A stretch of 64,000 bases of DNA from a virus. The stretch lies in the IMG/VR virus record IMGVR_UViG_3300012090_000181; one strand, written 5' to 3'. Under the pieces are notes generated by a model that saw only the letters and a list, made by a program, of their open reading frames with translations, ran no database searches and was not told the DNA's origin. This document shows positions 27,436 through 37,146 of the stretch, piece after piece. The position numbers were made by a program, and so were the translations under genes. Every line of letters begins with the position of its first letter. Positions within the stretch are counted from its first letter, which is position 1.

Positions 27436-27735
27436 ATGGAGATCACCGACGGGCAGACCATCCTCTACGGCTACTATCGTCGGAGCCGGACCGAGGCGGA
27501 TGTCTGCGATACACCGCCGCTCAGTCCCTACGCCAGAGGCTACGCGATCTCGATGGTGGAACCCGAGGACAAGAGCGGGCGCAAGCGCCGACTGTATTAC
27601 AGTCCTGGACCACGGCGGCAATGGACAGGAAGTGCCGGCTTCGCCGAGATCTTCTCCAGCGCCGATGCCGCCCGGGAGCATCTGGAAGAGCACCTGTTTG
27701 CGATCTCTTCCAGATGCGCGGTCATCGCCCTCTGA
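27436..27735 (+). CDS. ILYG-tagged singleton
   Basis: MEITDGQTILYG in ORF 27346..27735. Confidence 0.65.
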   Translation: MEITDGQTILYGYYRRSRTEADVCDTPPLSPYARGYAISMVEPEDKSGRKRRLYYSPGPRRQWTGSAGFAEIFSSADAAREHLEEHLFAISSRCAVIAL

Positions 27736-27818
27736 GATCGAACTCTACTACCAGACAGAAAGTATTTGCCCGGCAGATGCTCCGATGTTGCACGGTGAAA
27801 AGCTGTTATCATCTTGGT

Positions 27819-28295
27819 ATGAATCAGCCGATCATCGACAGCCCACAGATGATCCTCTACGGCCAGACCGGGCAACGCGATCCTGGCACCAACTGCATGA
27901 TCCTGAGGGCACTGGCGCTCGTAGAAGAGCTTAGGCCGGGAACGCCGGAGGCAGAGTGGATGCCGAAAATCTGCGCCGATCTGGAGGAATGCCCGGCCTC
28001 GCGACTACTGTGGATGATGCAGGTACTGGCGTTCTCTCTGACACAACCAGAAGGGCGGCATCTTGATCAGGCATACAGTGACCGGCATCGCTGTGAGCAA
28101 TGCAGCCAGGCGATACCGCAGAACGATCACTACGTCCGTATCGGTGAATACAAGGAAGTTCATCATGATCTCTGTCTTGATTGTGGCCTGCCTGATCCTG
28201 CCGATGCAGAACGCATCCGCAACCCGGATCTTGCAGAGCTGCGCGCATGGTTGCTCCAAGGTCTGAAAGCAGTCGGCGGAATGTCAGCAGCCTGA
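27819..28295 (+). CDS. ILYG-tagged protein with CxxC..H..CxxC zinc finger
   Basis: PQMILYG; HRCEQC...HHDLCLDCG; TATCAT 6 nt before ATG 27819. Confidence 0.7.
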   Translation: MNQPIIDSPQMILYGQTGQRDPGTNCMILRALALVEELRPGTPEAEWMPKICADLEECPASRLLWMMQVLAFSLTQPEGRHLDQAYSDRHRCEQCSQAIPQNDHYVRIGEYKEVHHDLCLDCGLPDPADAERIRNPDLAELRAWLLQGLKAVGGMSAA

Positions 28296-28345
28296 TCCGT
28301 GCGAAGCCGCACGAGTGTCCTGTGCACTTGCCGAGCCTAGAGTTC

Positions 28346-28714
28346 TCAGACCAATACGTATTCGAGGACCATCAACAGATCATCCATGGAACGATACGGG
28401 TCGAGATCGGAGAAATGGTTGATCGGATGGCTCCCCGGCCGACGGTACCAGCGGATCAGCTCCCGCAGCAGATCACGATCATCATCGTTCAGAGGATGCT
28501 CTCCTTCAAGGCCTTGCTCCCATAGCTTGTGCAGTGGATGATAATGATCTTTGACCCATTGTTTCTCCTCAGGGGTGCTGCTTGGGCTTACTCTGATCCC
28601 GCGCATCTGAGGCAGCAGATAGCGTGAGAGGATCCTGCTTCCGTCTCTGCCCCAAGGCTTGTCATGATGACGATCCTGATGACCGAAGAGGATGTCTTGA
28701 ACGGCATCAGCCAT
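28346..28714 (-). CDS. ILFG-tagged singleton
   Basis: MADAVQDILFG; TATCAT 6 nt before ATG. Confidence 0.7.
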   Translation of the reverse strand: MADAVQDILFGHQDRHHDKPWGRDGSRILSRYLLPQMRGIRVSPSSTPEEKQWVKDHYHPLHKLWEQGLEGEHPLNDDDRDLLRELIRWYRRPGSHPINHFSDLDPYRSMDDLLMVLEYVLV

Positions 28715-28898
28715 CTGCCGATGATAGCATATCTTGACCGCTCACGATCCGACACACCTCGGATAACCTGGCCGATCAGCGGCATGCGAAACTTTTCTAA
28801 GAATTCCAGCAAAAGCACAACAGGCAGAAGCAAACACTCTAGGTCATCACCCGTGCAGTCTGGCTGCGCTTAGTGACAGCAGACGTCGGCGACAGTAG

Positions 28899-29183
28899 AT
28901 GTCGGCGAGCGGTGATAACGCGCGCTTTCTTGCCTACCCAAGGTTTGCAAGTGTTCGACAAAAGCTCCTGACCAGGGCCTTCACGCCGTATCTTTCAATC
29001 ATGTGTAAGGACTTGTATTCTCCATCGTTGGCTGATGCCGCACCCTTGATCAGCACCTGTGCCGGCGCGGCCACGCTCATGGCGCTGCTGATCGGATTAT
29101 TGCCGGGCATGTTTCTCGGTCTGATCCTCGGAGCTGCCTTGGTGCTGTTGCCTGGCCGAGATCGTTCCGCTCGCCGTCAGTAG
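28899..29183 (+). CDS. Possible small membrane protein
   Basis: Hydrophobic C-terminal half; start unclear. Confidence 0.3.
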   Translation: MSASGDNARFLAYPRFASVRQKLLTRAFTPYLSIMCKDLYSPSLADAAPLISTCAGAATLMALLIGLLPGMFLGLILGAALVLLPGRDRSARRQ

Positions 29184-29216
29184 CGGCTTCCGGTCCGTTG
29201 TGCTATAATCTCCGGC

Positions 29217-29468
29217 ATGGAGATGAGTGAGACCTACTCCGAGCGACAGAGTTTCTGGGCCACCCGTCCAGGTATCGCCCTCCAGGTCATAGCCTGGTTG
29301 ATCTTGGCCGCTGTCATCTTGATCGCGGTCATCCCCGGCGCTTCATCGCTGGTATTACTGCTGGCAGGCTATGGCATCGCCCTGATGGTGATCACTGCTC
29401 TGATCGTGACCAATTTCCAGAAGTTGGTCCAGTTCGAGAAAAAGCACAAACACAGGAAAGATAAATGA
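29217..29468 (+). CDS. Small two-TM membrane protein
   Basis: TATAAT 7 nt before ATG; two TM helices, basic tail. Confidence 0.7.
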   Translation: MEMSETYSERQSFWATRPGIALQVIAWLILAAVILIAVIPGASSLVLLLAGYGIALMVITALIVTNFQKLVQFEKKHKHRKDK

Positions 29469-29689
29469 AAGAGTGGCTTGAAAAATACCTGCAACCGCTG
29501 ACCGGTGGAGAGATCACCAAAGTCGAGACCTTCCAGGAGTACGGAGGGGTCTGGCCGCGCTTGTACGTCAAGAATGGTGACGAGGAATATGTGCTGGAGA
29601 TCAGCCAGGATCCCGAGGGTAATGGCCCCGGTTTCATCTTCGGCCTCCCCGATCCGGCAGCCGCCGAGGACGACCCGCCGTCGGCTTGA
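29465..29689 (+). CDS. Small phage-type hypothetical protein
   Basis: ATGA overlap with previous gene; ISQDPEGNGPGF motif. Confidence 0.65.
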   Translation: MKEWLEKYLQPLTGGEITKVETFQEYGGVWPRLYVKNGDEEYVLEISQDPEGNGPGFIFGLPDPAAAEDDPPSA

Positions 29690-29748
29690 AACTCGATCGC
29701 CAAGCGGATACGATCTCAGAAACGGTGAAGACCAAGCGATAACCGTTC

Positions 29749-30177
29749 TCAAAGATGAGAGGCTGCCTGCCAGGCAAGCGCCACACCCCAGAGCAAGATC
29801 ATGCACAGGCAATGATATTGCACCCTGAGTGGCCTTTGCATGGCAGATCGTTTCTCAACTGTCAGCCAGGTCATCTCGATCATCGGCAACGCTCCGTAAA
29901 GTGCCATCAGGCCAAGCAAGAGCAGCAGTCCTTCGCATATCCTATGCCAGGTATAGTCACTGCTGACCAGTAGTGTCAGTATTGTCATTGTGACCTGCAG
30001 CAAAGACAGTATGATCAAGTTCGAGAATAGATTCGTCATCGCCGTATCAGTCAGCGCTTCCTCCAACTGATCTGCTGACATGTCCGGGCGCTTGACCCCG
30101 AGCGTATGCATGATTCGGTCTGTCTTGCTTACCCGGCGGCTGGTCGAATCCGTATCTTCACGCGGCAGCTGGTTCAT
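29749..30177 (-). CDS. Membrane protein (3 TM)
   Basis: Hydrophobic helices; TATGAT 7 nt before ATG 30177. Confidence 0.6.
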   Translation of the reverse strand: MNQLPREDTDSTSRRVSKTDRIMHTLGVKRPDMSADQLEEALTDTAMTNLFSNLIILSLLQVTMTILTLLVSSDYTWHRICEGLLLLLGLMALYGALPMIEMTWLTVEKRSAMQRPLRVQYHCLCMILLWGVALAWQAASHL

Positions 30178-30227
30178 ATTCCAGATCATAAGGCATCCGG
30201 TATAGGAGAGTACTGTCGGCCAATGGA

Positions 30228-30887
30228 TCAGTTTGCTTGCTCGTGTAATCTCCAATGGCCACTCACGCAACCAGTATGCTCAGGGGCATCGCAGGTGGTA
30301 GATAATGAGCCGCCGATATATTTCAGGCTATAGCTTATCCGATCGTTGGCTGCTGCTCCCATGATCGAGATCAAGAAACCATGCCCGTCGGCTGCCCCTA
30401 GTTGATACCAGTCCTGATGACCCCAGTCGGCGATGGCGGGATCTATCAGCTGTAGCGATGCCAGGTTGCCGGCGTAATCACCATTCTGTCGGTGATAAAT
30501 CTGTTGATCTGCCGCCAATCGACGGATGTGACTACGCTCGGCGCGGGCCAAATTGTCTTGTGTCTGCGTATCCAGATGTCCACCGACACGCATGGAAACG
30601 ACTAAAAGGCCGATAATCAGGCCACAGAATACTATCGTCAGTATGTTCAGAAACCGCTGCCTTCCTATAGAGAAGCTCTTCCATTCAGGATCTCCGATGC
30701 CGGCAAAACCCAGTGAAAACGCACCGAGAACTATTGACAGGATCGCAACAGCGAAATTGGTGACATAAATCTGTGGATCCACTGTCAGCATCAGCACCAG
30801 TAAAGAAGCGAGAAGTGTGATCATCGCCAGCGATGCCGCGACGGCGATTTTCTCGCTGGGCTTCATCTTCAGACAGACTTTATCCAT
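30228..30887 (-). CDS. Membrane protein with pilin-like exported C-terminal domain
   Basis: Three TM, then QQIYHRQNGDYAGNLASL and a C-terminal Cys pair; TATCTT 6 nt before ATG. Confidence 0.55.
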   Translation of the reverse strand: MDKVCLKMKPSEKIAVAASLAMITLLASLLVLMLTVDPQIYVTNFAVAILSIVLGAFSLGFAGIGDPEWKSFSIGRQRFLNILTIVFCGLIIGLLVVSMRVGGHLDTQTQDNLARAERSHIRRLAADQQIYHRQNGDYAGNLASLQLIDPAIADWGHQDWYQLGAADGHGFLISIMGAAANDRISYSLKYIGGSLSTTCDAPEHTGCVSGHWRLHEQAN

Positions 30888-31129
30888 CAACCGAAGATAC
30901 GTCTTCCTGGTTGTTCATCATCTGCTTTTGCTTACCGTCTAATGAAGATGTGAGAAAGGCAGATGACTGATACCTATTGCGGCCTCGATGATTGAGGAGA
31001 TCAGGGTTTCTTTGATGGCAAAGAACCATCTGCTTTGCCGTTACATGCCTATTTCAACTTAGAAAAGCGCTTCTCATCTTTGGCACAGGCGCTCTTGCCC
31101 TCGACAGCGCTTCATGCTAGACTCTGGCG

Positions 31130-32092
31130 ATGACCGCATCCAAGCAAGAGACCCATAGTGATCTGAGCGTGACCTTCCTGGGCACGGCTGCTTCGGCTCC
31201 GACCGCCCAGCGCAGCACCACGGCCATCCTGGTCTCCCGGGCCGGCGATCGGCTTCTATTCGACTGCGGCGAAGGCGCTCAGCGGCAGATGCAGCGAGCC
31301 GGTGGGTTGGTGATGGTCGACGCGATCTTCCTCAGCCATTATCATGCCGATCATTATCTCGGTCTGCCCGGCCTGTTGAGCAGCTATGCCCTGGCTGATC
31401 GCCATCAGACGCTGGAGATCTACGGCCCGGTAGGACTGGAGAAACTGTTCTCGCATCTGTCTCCGCTGATCGGCAAGACCCCTTACAAGATCAGCCTGCA
31501 CCAGCTACAGCCTGGCGATCAGGTCGCGTACTCCGGTTACGCTGTCAGTGCTTTCGCTACCGAGCATAATGCTCGTTCTTTGGGCTACGTCCTGGCAGAG
31601 GATGAGCGCCCCGGACGGTTTCACCCGGACAAGGCCAAGGACCTCGGAGTGCGTAGCGGCAAGGAGTTCGGGATGCTGCAGCGCGGTGAAGCCGTTCCTG
31701 GTAAAGACGGGATCGTCCAGCCGGAGCAGGTGATGGACGCGCCCCGGCGAGGGCGTAAGCTGGTGATCTCCGGTGATACGGCTCCATGCAAGGCAACCGT
31801 GGCCGCTGGCAAGGATGCCGATCTGCTGATCCACGAGGCCAGCTTCTCCGATGAGGACAAGGCCCGCGCCGGCAAAAGCAAGCACTCGACCGTAAGCCAG
31901 GCGGCGATGATCGGGCGACAGGCCGACGCCGAGATGCTGGCCCTGGTTCATATCGCCGGCCGCTATCACGTCGGTAAGCTGCTCGGACAGGCACGTAAGC
32001 TGCATAAGAACGTGGTTGCACCGCGCGATCTCGACGTCATCGAGATCCCGTTCCCTGAGAAGGGCCGGCCACACCTGGTCTCACCTCACTGA
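31130..32092 (+). CDS. rnz: Ribonuclease Z
   Basis: FLGTAASAPT, LFDCGEG, SHYHADH (HxHxDH), exosite, SGDT, HEASF, HST; TAGACT 6 nt before ATG. Confidence 0.95.
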   Translation: MTASKQETHSDLSVTFLGTAASAPTAQRSTTAILVSRAGDRLLFDCGEGAQRQMQRAGGLVMVDAIFLSHYHADHYLGLPGLLSSYALADRHQTLEIYGPVGLEKLFSHLSPLIGKTPYKISLHQLQPGDQVAYSGYAVSAFATEHNARSLGYVLAEDERPGRFHPDKAKDLGVRSGKEFGMLQRGEAVPGKDGIVQPEQVMDAPRRGRKLVISGDTAPCKATVAAGKDADLLIHEASFSDEDKARAGKSKHSTVSQAAMIGRQADAEMLALVHIAGRYHVGKLLGQARKLHKNVVAPRDLDVIEIPFPEKGRPHLVSPH

Positions 32093-32139
32093 GTAAGGTC
32101 AGGCTTCTTGTGCCTGGATCTTCTGGGGCAGCTGATGCC

Positions 32140-32424
32140 TCAATCCTCGGCTTCTGTTATTGCTTGTTCATCCACCTGCTGATCAGAATCGAGCAGATGC
32201 CAGCACTGATCGCTGATCCGCAGGCCGACCCGATCGCCTCGGAAGTTCTCCTCTTCGGCCAGCCCGGACGCGATCAGCTCATCCTGATCGACGAACGGAA
32301 ACGCGGATATGGTGGCGTCGATCAGATGCCGCGATGCGCCTCGCATCGCCAGCAGACCGTCTTCCAGGCTCGGGCGAAACTTATATTCTTGAATGGTTTT
32401 GAGTGGTTGCTTTGAGTAGTTCAT
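32140..32424 (-). CDS. Hypothetical protein
   Basis: 94-aa ORF fills the gap between convergent neighbours. Confidence 0.5.
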   Translation of the reverse strand: MNYSKQPLKTIQEYKFRPSLEDGLLAMRGASRHLIDATISAFPFVDQDELIASGLAEEENFRGDRVGLRISDQCWHLLDSDQQVDEQAITEAED

Positions 32425-32585
32425 ACAGAGTCTTCGGTGGATGACAGCATCTGGAACAAATTATTCTCGCCTACTGTCTTCTGCCCTGATCCAAGATAGC
32501 TGATCAGCCTGTGGTGCCGCCGAGGATTTCTCCTGCGCGCTTCGGGCTATTTGTAATCTTATCGCCGAGCTGCTATCATCAACCC

Positions 32586-32807
32586 ATGACCGATCTTATC
32601 TACAAGCTTGCCGAGTGTGGTGTCCAAGCATCACCCATCTACGATCTGGCTGATCCGGCCGGCGAGGACTATCAGGGCATTGGCATCAGTGTCGAGGCCG
32701 CCGAGCATCTGGTCGCCTACATCGAAGCCATCGAGGACCTGGCCGCAGAACATTATCTGGGTGATCCGACCGAGATCCTCGAGCGACTGCGCAAATCACC
32801 TTCCTGA
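32586..32807 (+). CDS. Hypothetical protein
   Basis: TATCAT 6 nt before ATG 32586. Confidence 0.6.
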   Translation: MTDLIYKLAECGVQASPIYDLADPAGEDYQGIGISVEAAEHLVAYIEAIEDLAAEHYLGDPTEILERLRKSPS

Positions 32808-32891
32808 CCTGGGACCCTCGGGGCATCGCCGGCACGCTGCCATTCTTTGCATCCGTCAGAGCAGCATCGGCCGGCCCGGAGCTGATCACCT

Positions 32892-33686
32892 ATGTTTGAG
32901 TGGATGACTACCGGCGAAAACACTCCCATTTATCCGACGGCCTTGATCGGCTACCGTGTCTGGAGGATGAAAGAGCAGCGATTGTATCCACTGCATGTGA
33001 GCGGGGCACCGGCCTGGCAACCGGGGACGAACACGGCGGATTGTGTCTTTTACCGGCATCGGGCACCGGCAGCAGACTGCAAGTGCGGCTTCAATGCCCA
33101 TCATCAGATCGGCGGGGCCCTGACCGAGGCTGCTGCCTGGTATCAAGAATGGGAACAATGCCATGATGATTCTGTGGTCTTGGTCATCGGTGCCATCGCT
33201 GCCAGAGGAGAGGCTCAAGTGCATCATCATGGGTTCCGTTCCGAGGAAGCACAGATCCTCGGCCTGACGACGATCGGAGAAGTTCCCGCGATCACAGAGC
33301 TTGCCGAGACCGCCGCCTATTATCAGGTCCCGGTCTACACCGGTACATATCAGCTGGTCCAAGCTTGCCGGCGGTCAAGCAATGATCATCTGTCAGCAGC
33401 ACCGAAGGACATGATCCCGCCGACCCCGGATGAGCATGGGTCGGGGGATGGCCGCTATCCCTGGTCGTGGATGTGCAAAGCCTACCAATGCGCGTTCGGG
33501 GCCCGTATCGGTATCGTGTTGTTGGCATCGTTCTTGTTCACCGTCTTCGTTTTGTTTTCAGGAGTGATCATCATCTCTTGTGGAGCCGTCCTCGGTTCCG
33601 AACCACTGAAGATGATCGGGGAGATCTTTCTGGGGATCAGCATGATCTCTGCTGTTGCTTTCGGCATGTTAGCTTCGAGGCTTTGA
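32892..33686 (+). CDS. Cys/His-motif protein with C-terminal TM anchor (paralog of 47871)
   Basis: IGYRVW, WQPGTNTADC, HRAPAADCKCGFNA, GFRSEEAQI, 2 TM. Confidence 0.75.
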   Translation: MFEWMTTGENTPIYPTALIGYRVWRMKEQRLYPLHVSGAPAWQPGTNTADCVFYRHRAPAADCKCGFNAHHQIGGALTEAAAWYQEWEQCHDDSVVLVIGAIAARGEAQVHHHGFRSEEAQILGLTTIGEVPAITELAETAAYYQVPVYTGTYQLVQACRRSSNDHLSAAPKDMIPPTPDEHGSGDGRYPWSWMCKAYQCAFGARIGIVLLASFLFTVFVLFSGVIIISCGAVLGSEPLKMIGEIFLGISMISAVAFGMLASRL

Positions 33687-33704
33687 TCTCGGAGGCAGGT
33701 CTGA

Positions 33705-34076
33705 CTATCTAGGTCCGGACCGAAACGGGGAAGGCAGACATGGTAAAGTCTCGATCTGGTCGGCGAGGTCGTTCAGGCGGATCGCTAGCTCTGACACCTG
33801 GGCTTCTTCATCGGCAAAGCCGGCGGCCTCTCGGATCCTCCGGACATTGGTAAGATCATGCTTCAAGGTGACGCAGGTTGCCAGTTCATACAGACGATCA
33901 GCGAGATCGTAGTTCGGATGTCCGGAATGACCATCAGTCAGTTCGTAAAGGATACCGGCTGCCTGCTTCAGATCGTTCTGGTCCTCTTCCTCCAGAAAGA
34001 AGCTATAAGTGAACGCCGAGATGTTCGCTCGGCGCTGATGCTCACCATAGAGGATCTCATCAGAAGCAAGTTCCAT
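33705..34076 (-). CDS. ILYG-tagged singleton (helical)
   Basis: MELASDEILYG; TATCAT 6 nt before ATG 34076. Confidence 0.75.
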   Translation of the reverse strand: MELASDEILYGEHQRRANISAFTYSFFLEEEDQNDLKQAAGILYELTDGHSGHPNYDLADRLYELATCVTLKHDLTNVRRIREAAGFADEEAQVSELAIRLNDLADQIETLPCLPSPFRSGPR

Positions 34077-34131
34077 ATGGGAATGATAGCGTTTTCTGCT
34101 GAGATGATCAAGCCCTTCAGCGCAATGTTGA

Positions 34132-35490
34132 TCAAGCTTTACCATCGGCCGCGCGGATCAGCTGCGGGCCGTCGGCGCTGTCCCTGATCTGCCAACCGGC
34201 GGCTTGCAACTGATCGCGAAGCTGATCAGCCCGTGCGTAGTCCCCGGCAGCCCTGGCCTGCTCACGATCCTGGAGCAGTTCCTCGGCTTCGGTGCCGTAC
34301 TCGGCATGATGCTTCTCGGTCAGCGCAGCCAACCCGAGAACATCCAGCATCTCCTTTACCGCCGACTGCGCCCCGGTGATCTGGCCCCGATTGGACCTGT
34401 TCAGTAGCTCGAACAATATGGCGAAAGCAGCCGGAGTGTTGAAATCATCAGCCAGGGCGGTATGGAAGTCGGCAAGCTGTACCTCGGCCTCGTCGGCGCT
34501 GGTTCCCTGATCTTGCTGCCTGAAGAAGTTACGGATGCGCTCAGCTTTTACTGCTGCTTCCATCAGAGCCGCAGCACTGAAAGCAAGAGGTTGATGATAG
34601 TGTCCGGACAGCAGGTAGAGAATCACGGCCTCAGGCCCGTATTCATCCACTGCCTGATGAAGTTGGAATACATTACCGTCCGACTTGGCCATCTTGCCCG
34701 CTCCGGCCTGGACCATGCCGTTGTGCATCCACAAGCGAGCGAAGGCATGCCCTGAGCACTCCGACTGGGCGATCTCATTCTCATGATGCGGGAAGATCAG
34801 ATCATTGCCACCGCCATGAATCTCGAACTCATCGCCAAGTGTTGCCGCCGCCATCACCGAGCACTCGATATGCCATGCCGGTCGTCCTCGTCCCCAGGGA
34901 GCGGGCCAGGAAGTATCCTCGCCAGGCTTGGCTGCTTTCCAGAGTGCGAAATCAACCGGAGCCTCCTTGCCCTCGGCTGCCTCATTCTGGTCGATCTGGT
35001 CATCATGACGATTGGACAGCTTACCGTGACCCTGGTGCGTATGTACCCTGAAGTAGACGCTACCATCGCTCACGTAGGCATGTCCGGCCTCGATCAGCTG
35101 TGAGATCATCGCTATGATCTCAGGTACCATCTGGGTGGCGCAAGGCTCGGCATCCGGACGGCCAAGACCGAGCGCATCCGTATCGGCGATATAGGCACGG
35201 CGCATCTGCTTGGCCCATGCTGCTGAAGCTACTCCCTGCGTGGCCGCAGCAGCGTAGATCTTGTCGTTGATGTCGGTGATGTTGCTGACCAGGCGGACCG
35301 GATAGCCCTGCGCACGTAGCCATCTGACGAAGACGCTGAAGACGACGAACGGACGCGCGTTACCGATATGCACCCGTGAGTAGACGGTCGGGCCGCAGAA
35401 ATAGATACCGATCTCAGCATCGGTACGCAGAGACTGAAGCTCTCCGCTGAGAGTGTCGTGAATGCGGACTTCTCTGAGATAGCCGGCCAT
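34132..35490 (-). CDS. cysS: Cysteine--tRNA ligase
   Basis: FCGPTVY, HIGN, NITDINDKI, DFALWK, WHIECS, HGGGNDLIFPHHENEIAQS, KMAKS; TATCAT 6 nt before ATG 35490. Confidence 0.95.
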   Translation of the reverse strand: MAGYLREVRIHDTLSGELQSLRTDAEIGIYFCGPTVYSRVHIGNARPFVVFSVFVRWLRAQGYPVRLVSNITDINDKIYAAAATQGVASAAWAKQMRRAYIADTDALGLGRPDAEPCATQMVPEIIAMISQLIEAGHAYVSDGSVYFRVHTHQGHGKLSNRHDDQIDQNEAAEGKEAPVDFALWKAAKPGEDTSWPAPWGRGRPAWHIECSVMAAATLGDEFEIHGGGNDLIFPHHENEIAQSECSGHAFARLWMHNGMVQAGAGKMAKSDGNVFQLHQAVDEYGPEAVILYLLSGHYHQPLAFSAAALMEAAVKAERIRNFFRQQDQGTSADEAEVQLADFHTALADDFNTPAAFAILFELLNRSNRGQITGAQSAVKEMLDVLGLAALTEKHHAEYGTEAEELLQDREQARAAGDYARADQLRDQLQAAGWQIRDSADGPQLIRAADGKA

Positions 35491-35585
35491 CAGGACATGA
35501 TAGCGCAATCAGTTCGTGCTTTCAAGCGCAGCAAGCTTCACTATCAGGGCTGGTAGAGCAGCGATCATTCTGCTACAATCTATCC

Positions 35586-36059
35586 ATGAGAGGCACTGGA
35601 ACGACTTCGCCGGCAGAAGCCTTCCCCGAGGAGATCCTCTACGGGTCGATCCATCGTGAAGGGCCGCCGCCTGCGTCGATGCCCGAGCTTCCGACGGCTC
35701 CGAAGCGGGCCACGATCCAAGATCTTTCCGAGATCCCGACCCAGGTGATCGACACCTTCAATGATCTTCTGCTGGAGAAATATACCGGCGGCTCCGTCTC
35801 GGCGATCATCAGCCTAGATGAGCTTACGGAGAGATTGCAACCACTCGGGATCGAGGTCGAACAGGCGCTGGACTGGGGCTGGATGGACATCGACCGCCTC
35901 TATGTCCGTCGTGGCTGGCATGTCGAGTATGGTGTCTTCGAGGCCGATGATCATCACGTCGTGGCTGGCATGTCGAGTATGGTGTCTTCGAGGCCGATGA
36001 TCATCATCTGGTCGGCTGGAAGTTCAGCGATCCCAAGTATCGTTGAACTCATCAAGTGA
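35586..36059 (+). CDS. ILYG-tagged phage-type protein with frameshifted C-terminus
   Basis: MRGTG...PEEILYG; IPTQVIDTFN..WMDIDRLY..GWHVEY; TACAAT 6 nt before ATG. Confidence 0.75.
   Translation: MRGTGTTSPAEAFPEEILYGSIHREGPPPASMPELPTAPKRATIQDLSEIPTQVIDTFNDLLLEKYTGGSVSAIISLDELTERLQPLGIEVEQALDWGWMDIDRLYVRRGWHVEYGVFEADDHHVVAGMSSMVSSRPMIIIWSAGSSAIPSIVELIK
35907..36006 (+). repeat. Exact 50-bp tandem duplication
   Basis: 35907-35956 identical to 35957-36006. Confidence 0.95.
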
Positions 36060-36061
36060 TT

Positions 36062-36103
36062 GTCAGCGTACGTGGCAATCATCATTCGTCAGCGTACGTG
36101 GCA
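36062..36103 (+). repeat. 16-bp direct repeat
   Basis: gtcagcgtacgtggca at 36062-36077 and 36088-36103. Confidence 0.9.
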
Positions 36104-36245
36104 GCAGCAGGCAGATGGGCGTGGACCGCGTCTTTCAGCATCCATGCGATCAGCACCTGGTTCTGCCCAGGAAGGTGGCGGCAAGAAATCTTGGCGCAAG
36201 CGTAAAACGATTGTGCTCGGGCCTGCGCATGTCAACATTCTGAGC

Positions 36246-36686
36246 ATGAAGACGCGCGTCGGCATTCTTTCTCCCAGAACGATGATCTTACCGGTTCTGG
36301 GACTGCTGTTGCTCAGCCTTTTCTTACTGGTATCCGGCTCTCAGGCGCGTGACACCGGCGGGGTTGCCGGCCAGTCCAAGTCGGTGATCATCGGCTCGGC
36401 TGTCCAGCCTGATCCGCATACGCATAAGCTGGCCATCGGCGTATTGGCCTTCCGCAGCAGCAAAGCCGTCTCGGTCGAGTTCCGTGGCCAGGTACACAAG
36501 ATGAAGATCTGGAAGCGTGGTAAAGCCAACACAACCTGGGTCTGGAGCAGCAACTATGCTTTCAAGCAGAATGTATGCTACGACTACCGGGTGATCGTGA
36601 CCACGGCCAAGGGCACGCGATCAGTCGATGTATCAAGCAAGACCAAAGGCAATAACAGTTCTTATTGTTTCGATAAAAGCCGATGA
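36246..36686 (+). CDS. Secreted beta-rich protein (paralog of 36683)
   Basis: Signal peptide ending SQA; start chosen at MKTRVG within ORF 36060..36686. Confidence 0.65.
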   Translation: MKTRVGILSPRTMILPVLGLLLLSLFLLVSGSQARDTGGVAGQSKSVIIGSAVQPDPHTHKLAIGVLAFRSSKAVSVEFRGQVHKMKIWKRGKANTTWVWSSNYAFKQNVCYDYRVIVTTAKGTRSVDVSSKTKGNNSSYCFDKSR

Positions 36687-37114
36687 TCCGGTTGAAGCGA
36701 CACTCCTTGATCATCGGCTTATGCCTCATCGCTTTGTCTTCTTGCCTACTTGCAGCTTCAGCGCAGGCCGGGATCGGTGCCAAGCAGATGATCTTCTCCA
36801 GTACGGCCTACGAAAACGCGAATCATGCCACTGTCATCAGCGCCGTGGCCTCCCGGAAAGTGGATGCATTGTCAGTGCGGTTCAAGGGCAAGACCTATCA
36901 GATGCGGATGACCGGAGCCATGTTCCATAATCGCATCATCTGGGCCTGGCGTGGTCACATGCCTCATGCTCTGTCGAACCTGATGCCTCTGCCGGCACCT
37001 CCGGAACCGCTGTCGGCAGTCGTCTTGCCGACCCGTTGTCATCGTTATGCTCTGATCGCCTTCAGCGATGGTCATCGCTACACGCGCAACTTCTGTTCTG
37101 CTTACATCTCTTGA
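36683..37114 (+). CDS. Secreted beta-rich protein
   Basis: Signal peptide ending AQA; SVRFKGKTYQM..WAW aligns with SVEFRGQVHKM..WVW; ATGA overlap. Confidence 0.65.
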   Translation: MIRLKRHSLIIGLCLIALSSCLLAASAQAGIGAKQMIFSSTAYENANHATVISAVASRKVDALSVRFKGKTYQMRMTGAMFHNRIIWAWRGHMPHALSNLMPLPAPPEPLSAVVLPTRCHRYALIAFSDGHRYTRNFCSAYIS

Positions 37115-37146
37115 CCAGCCGCCGATAAGCTGTTATTCTGGCGACC

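Noticed and set aside
34132-35490. MshC instead of CysRS
   Set aside because: CGPTVY/HIGN and an anticodon-binding C-terminus fit CysRS; MshC has CGITPY/HLGH
35907-36103. CRISPR array
   Set aside because: Only two adjacent units per repeat, no spacer series and no cas genes
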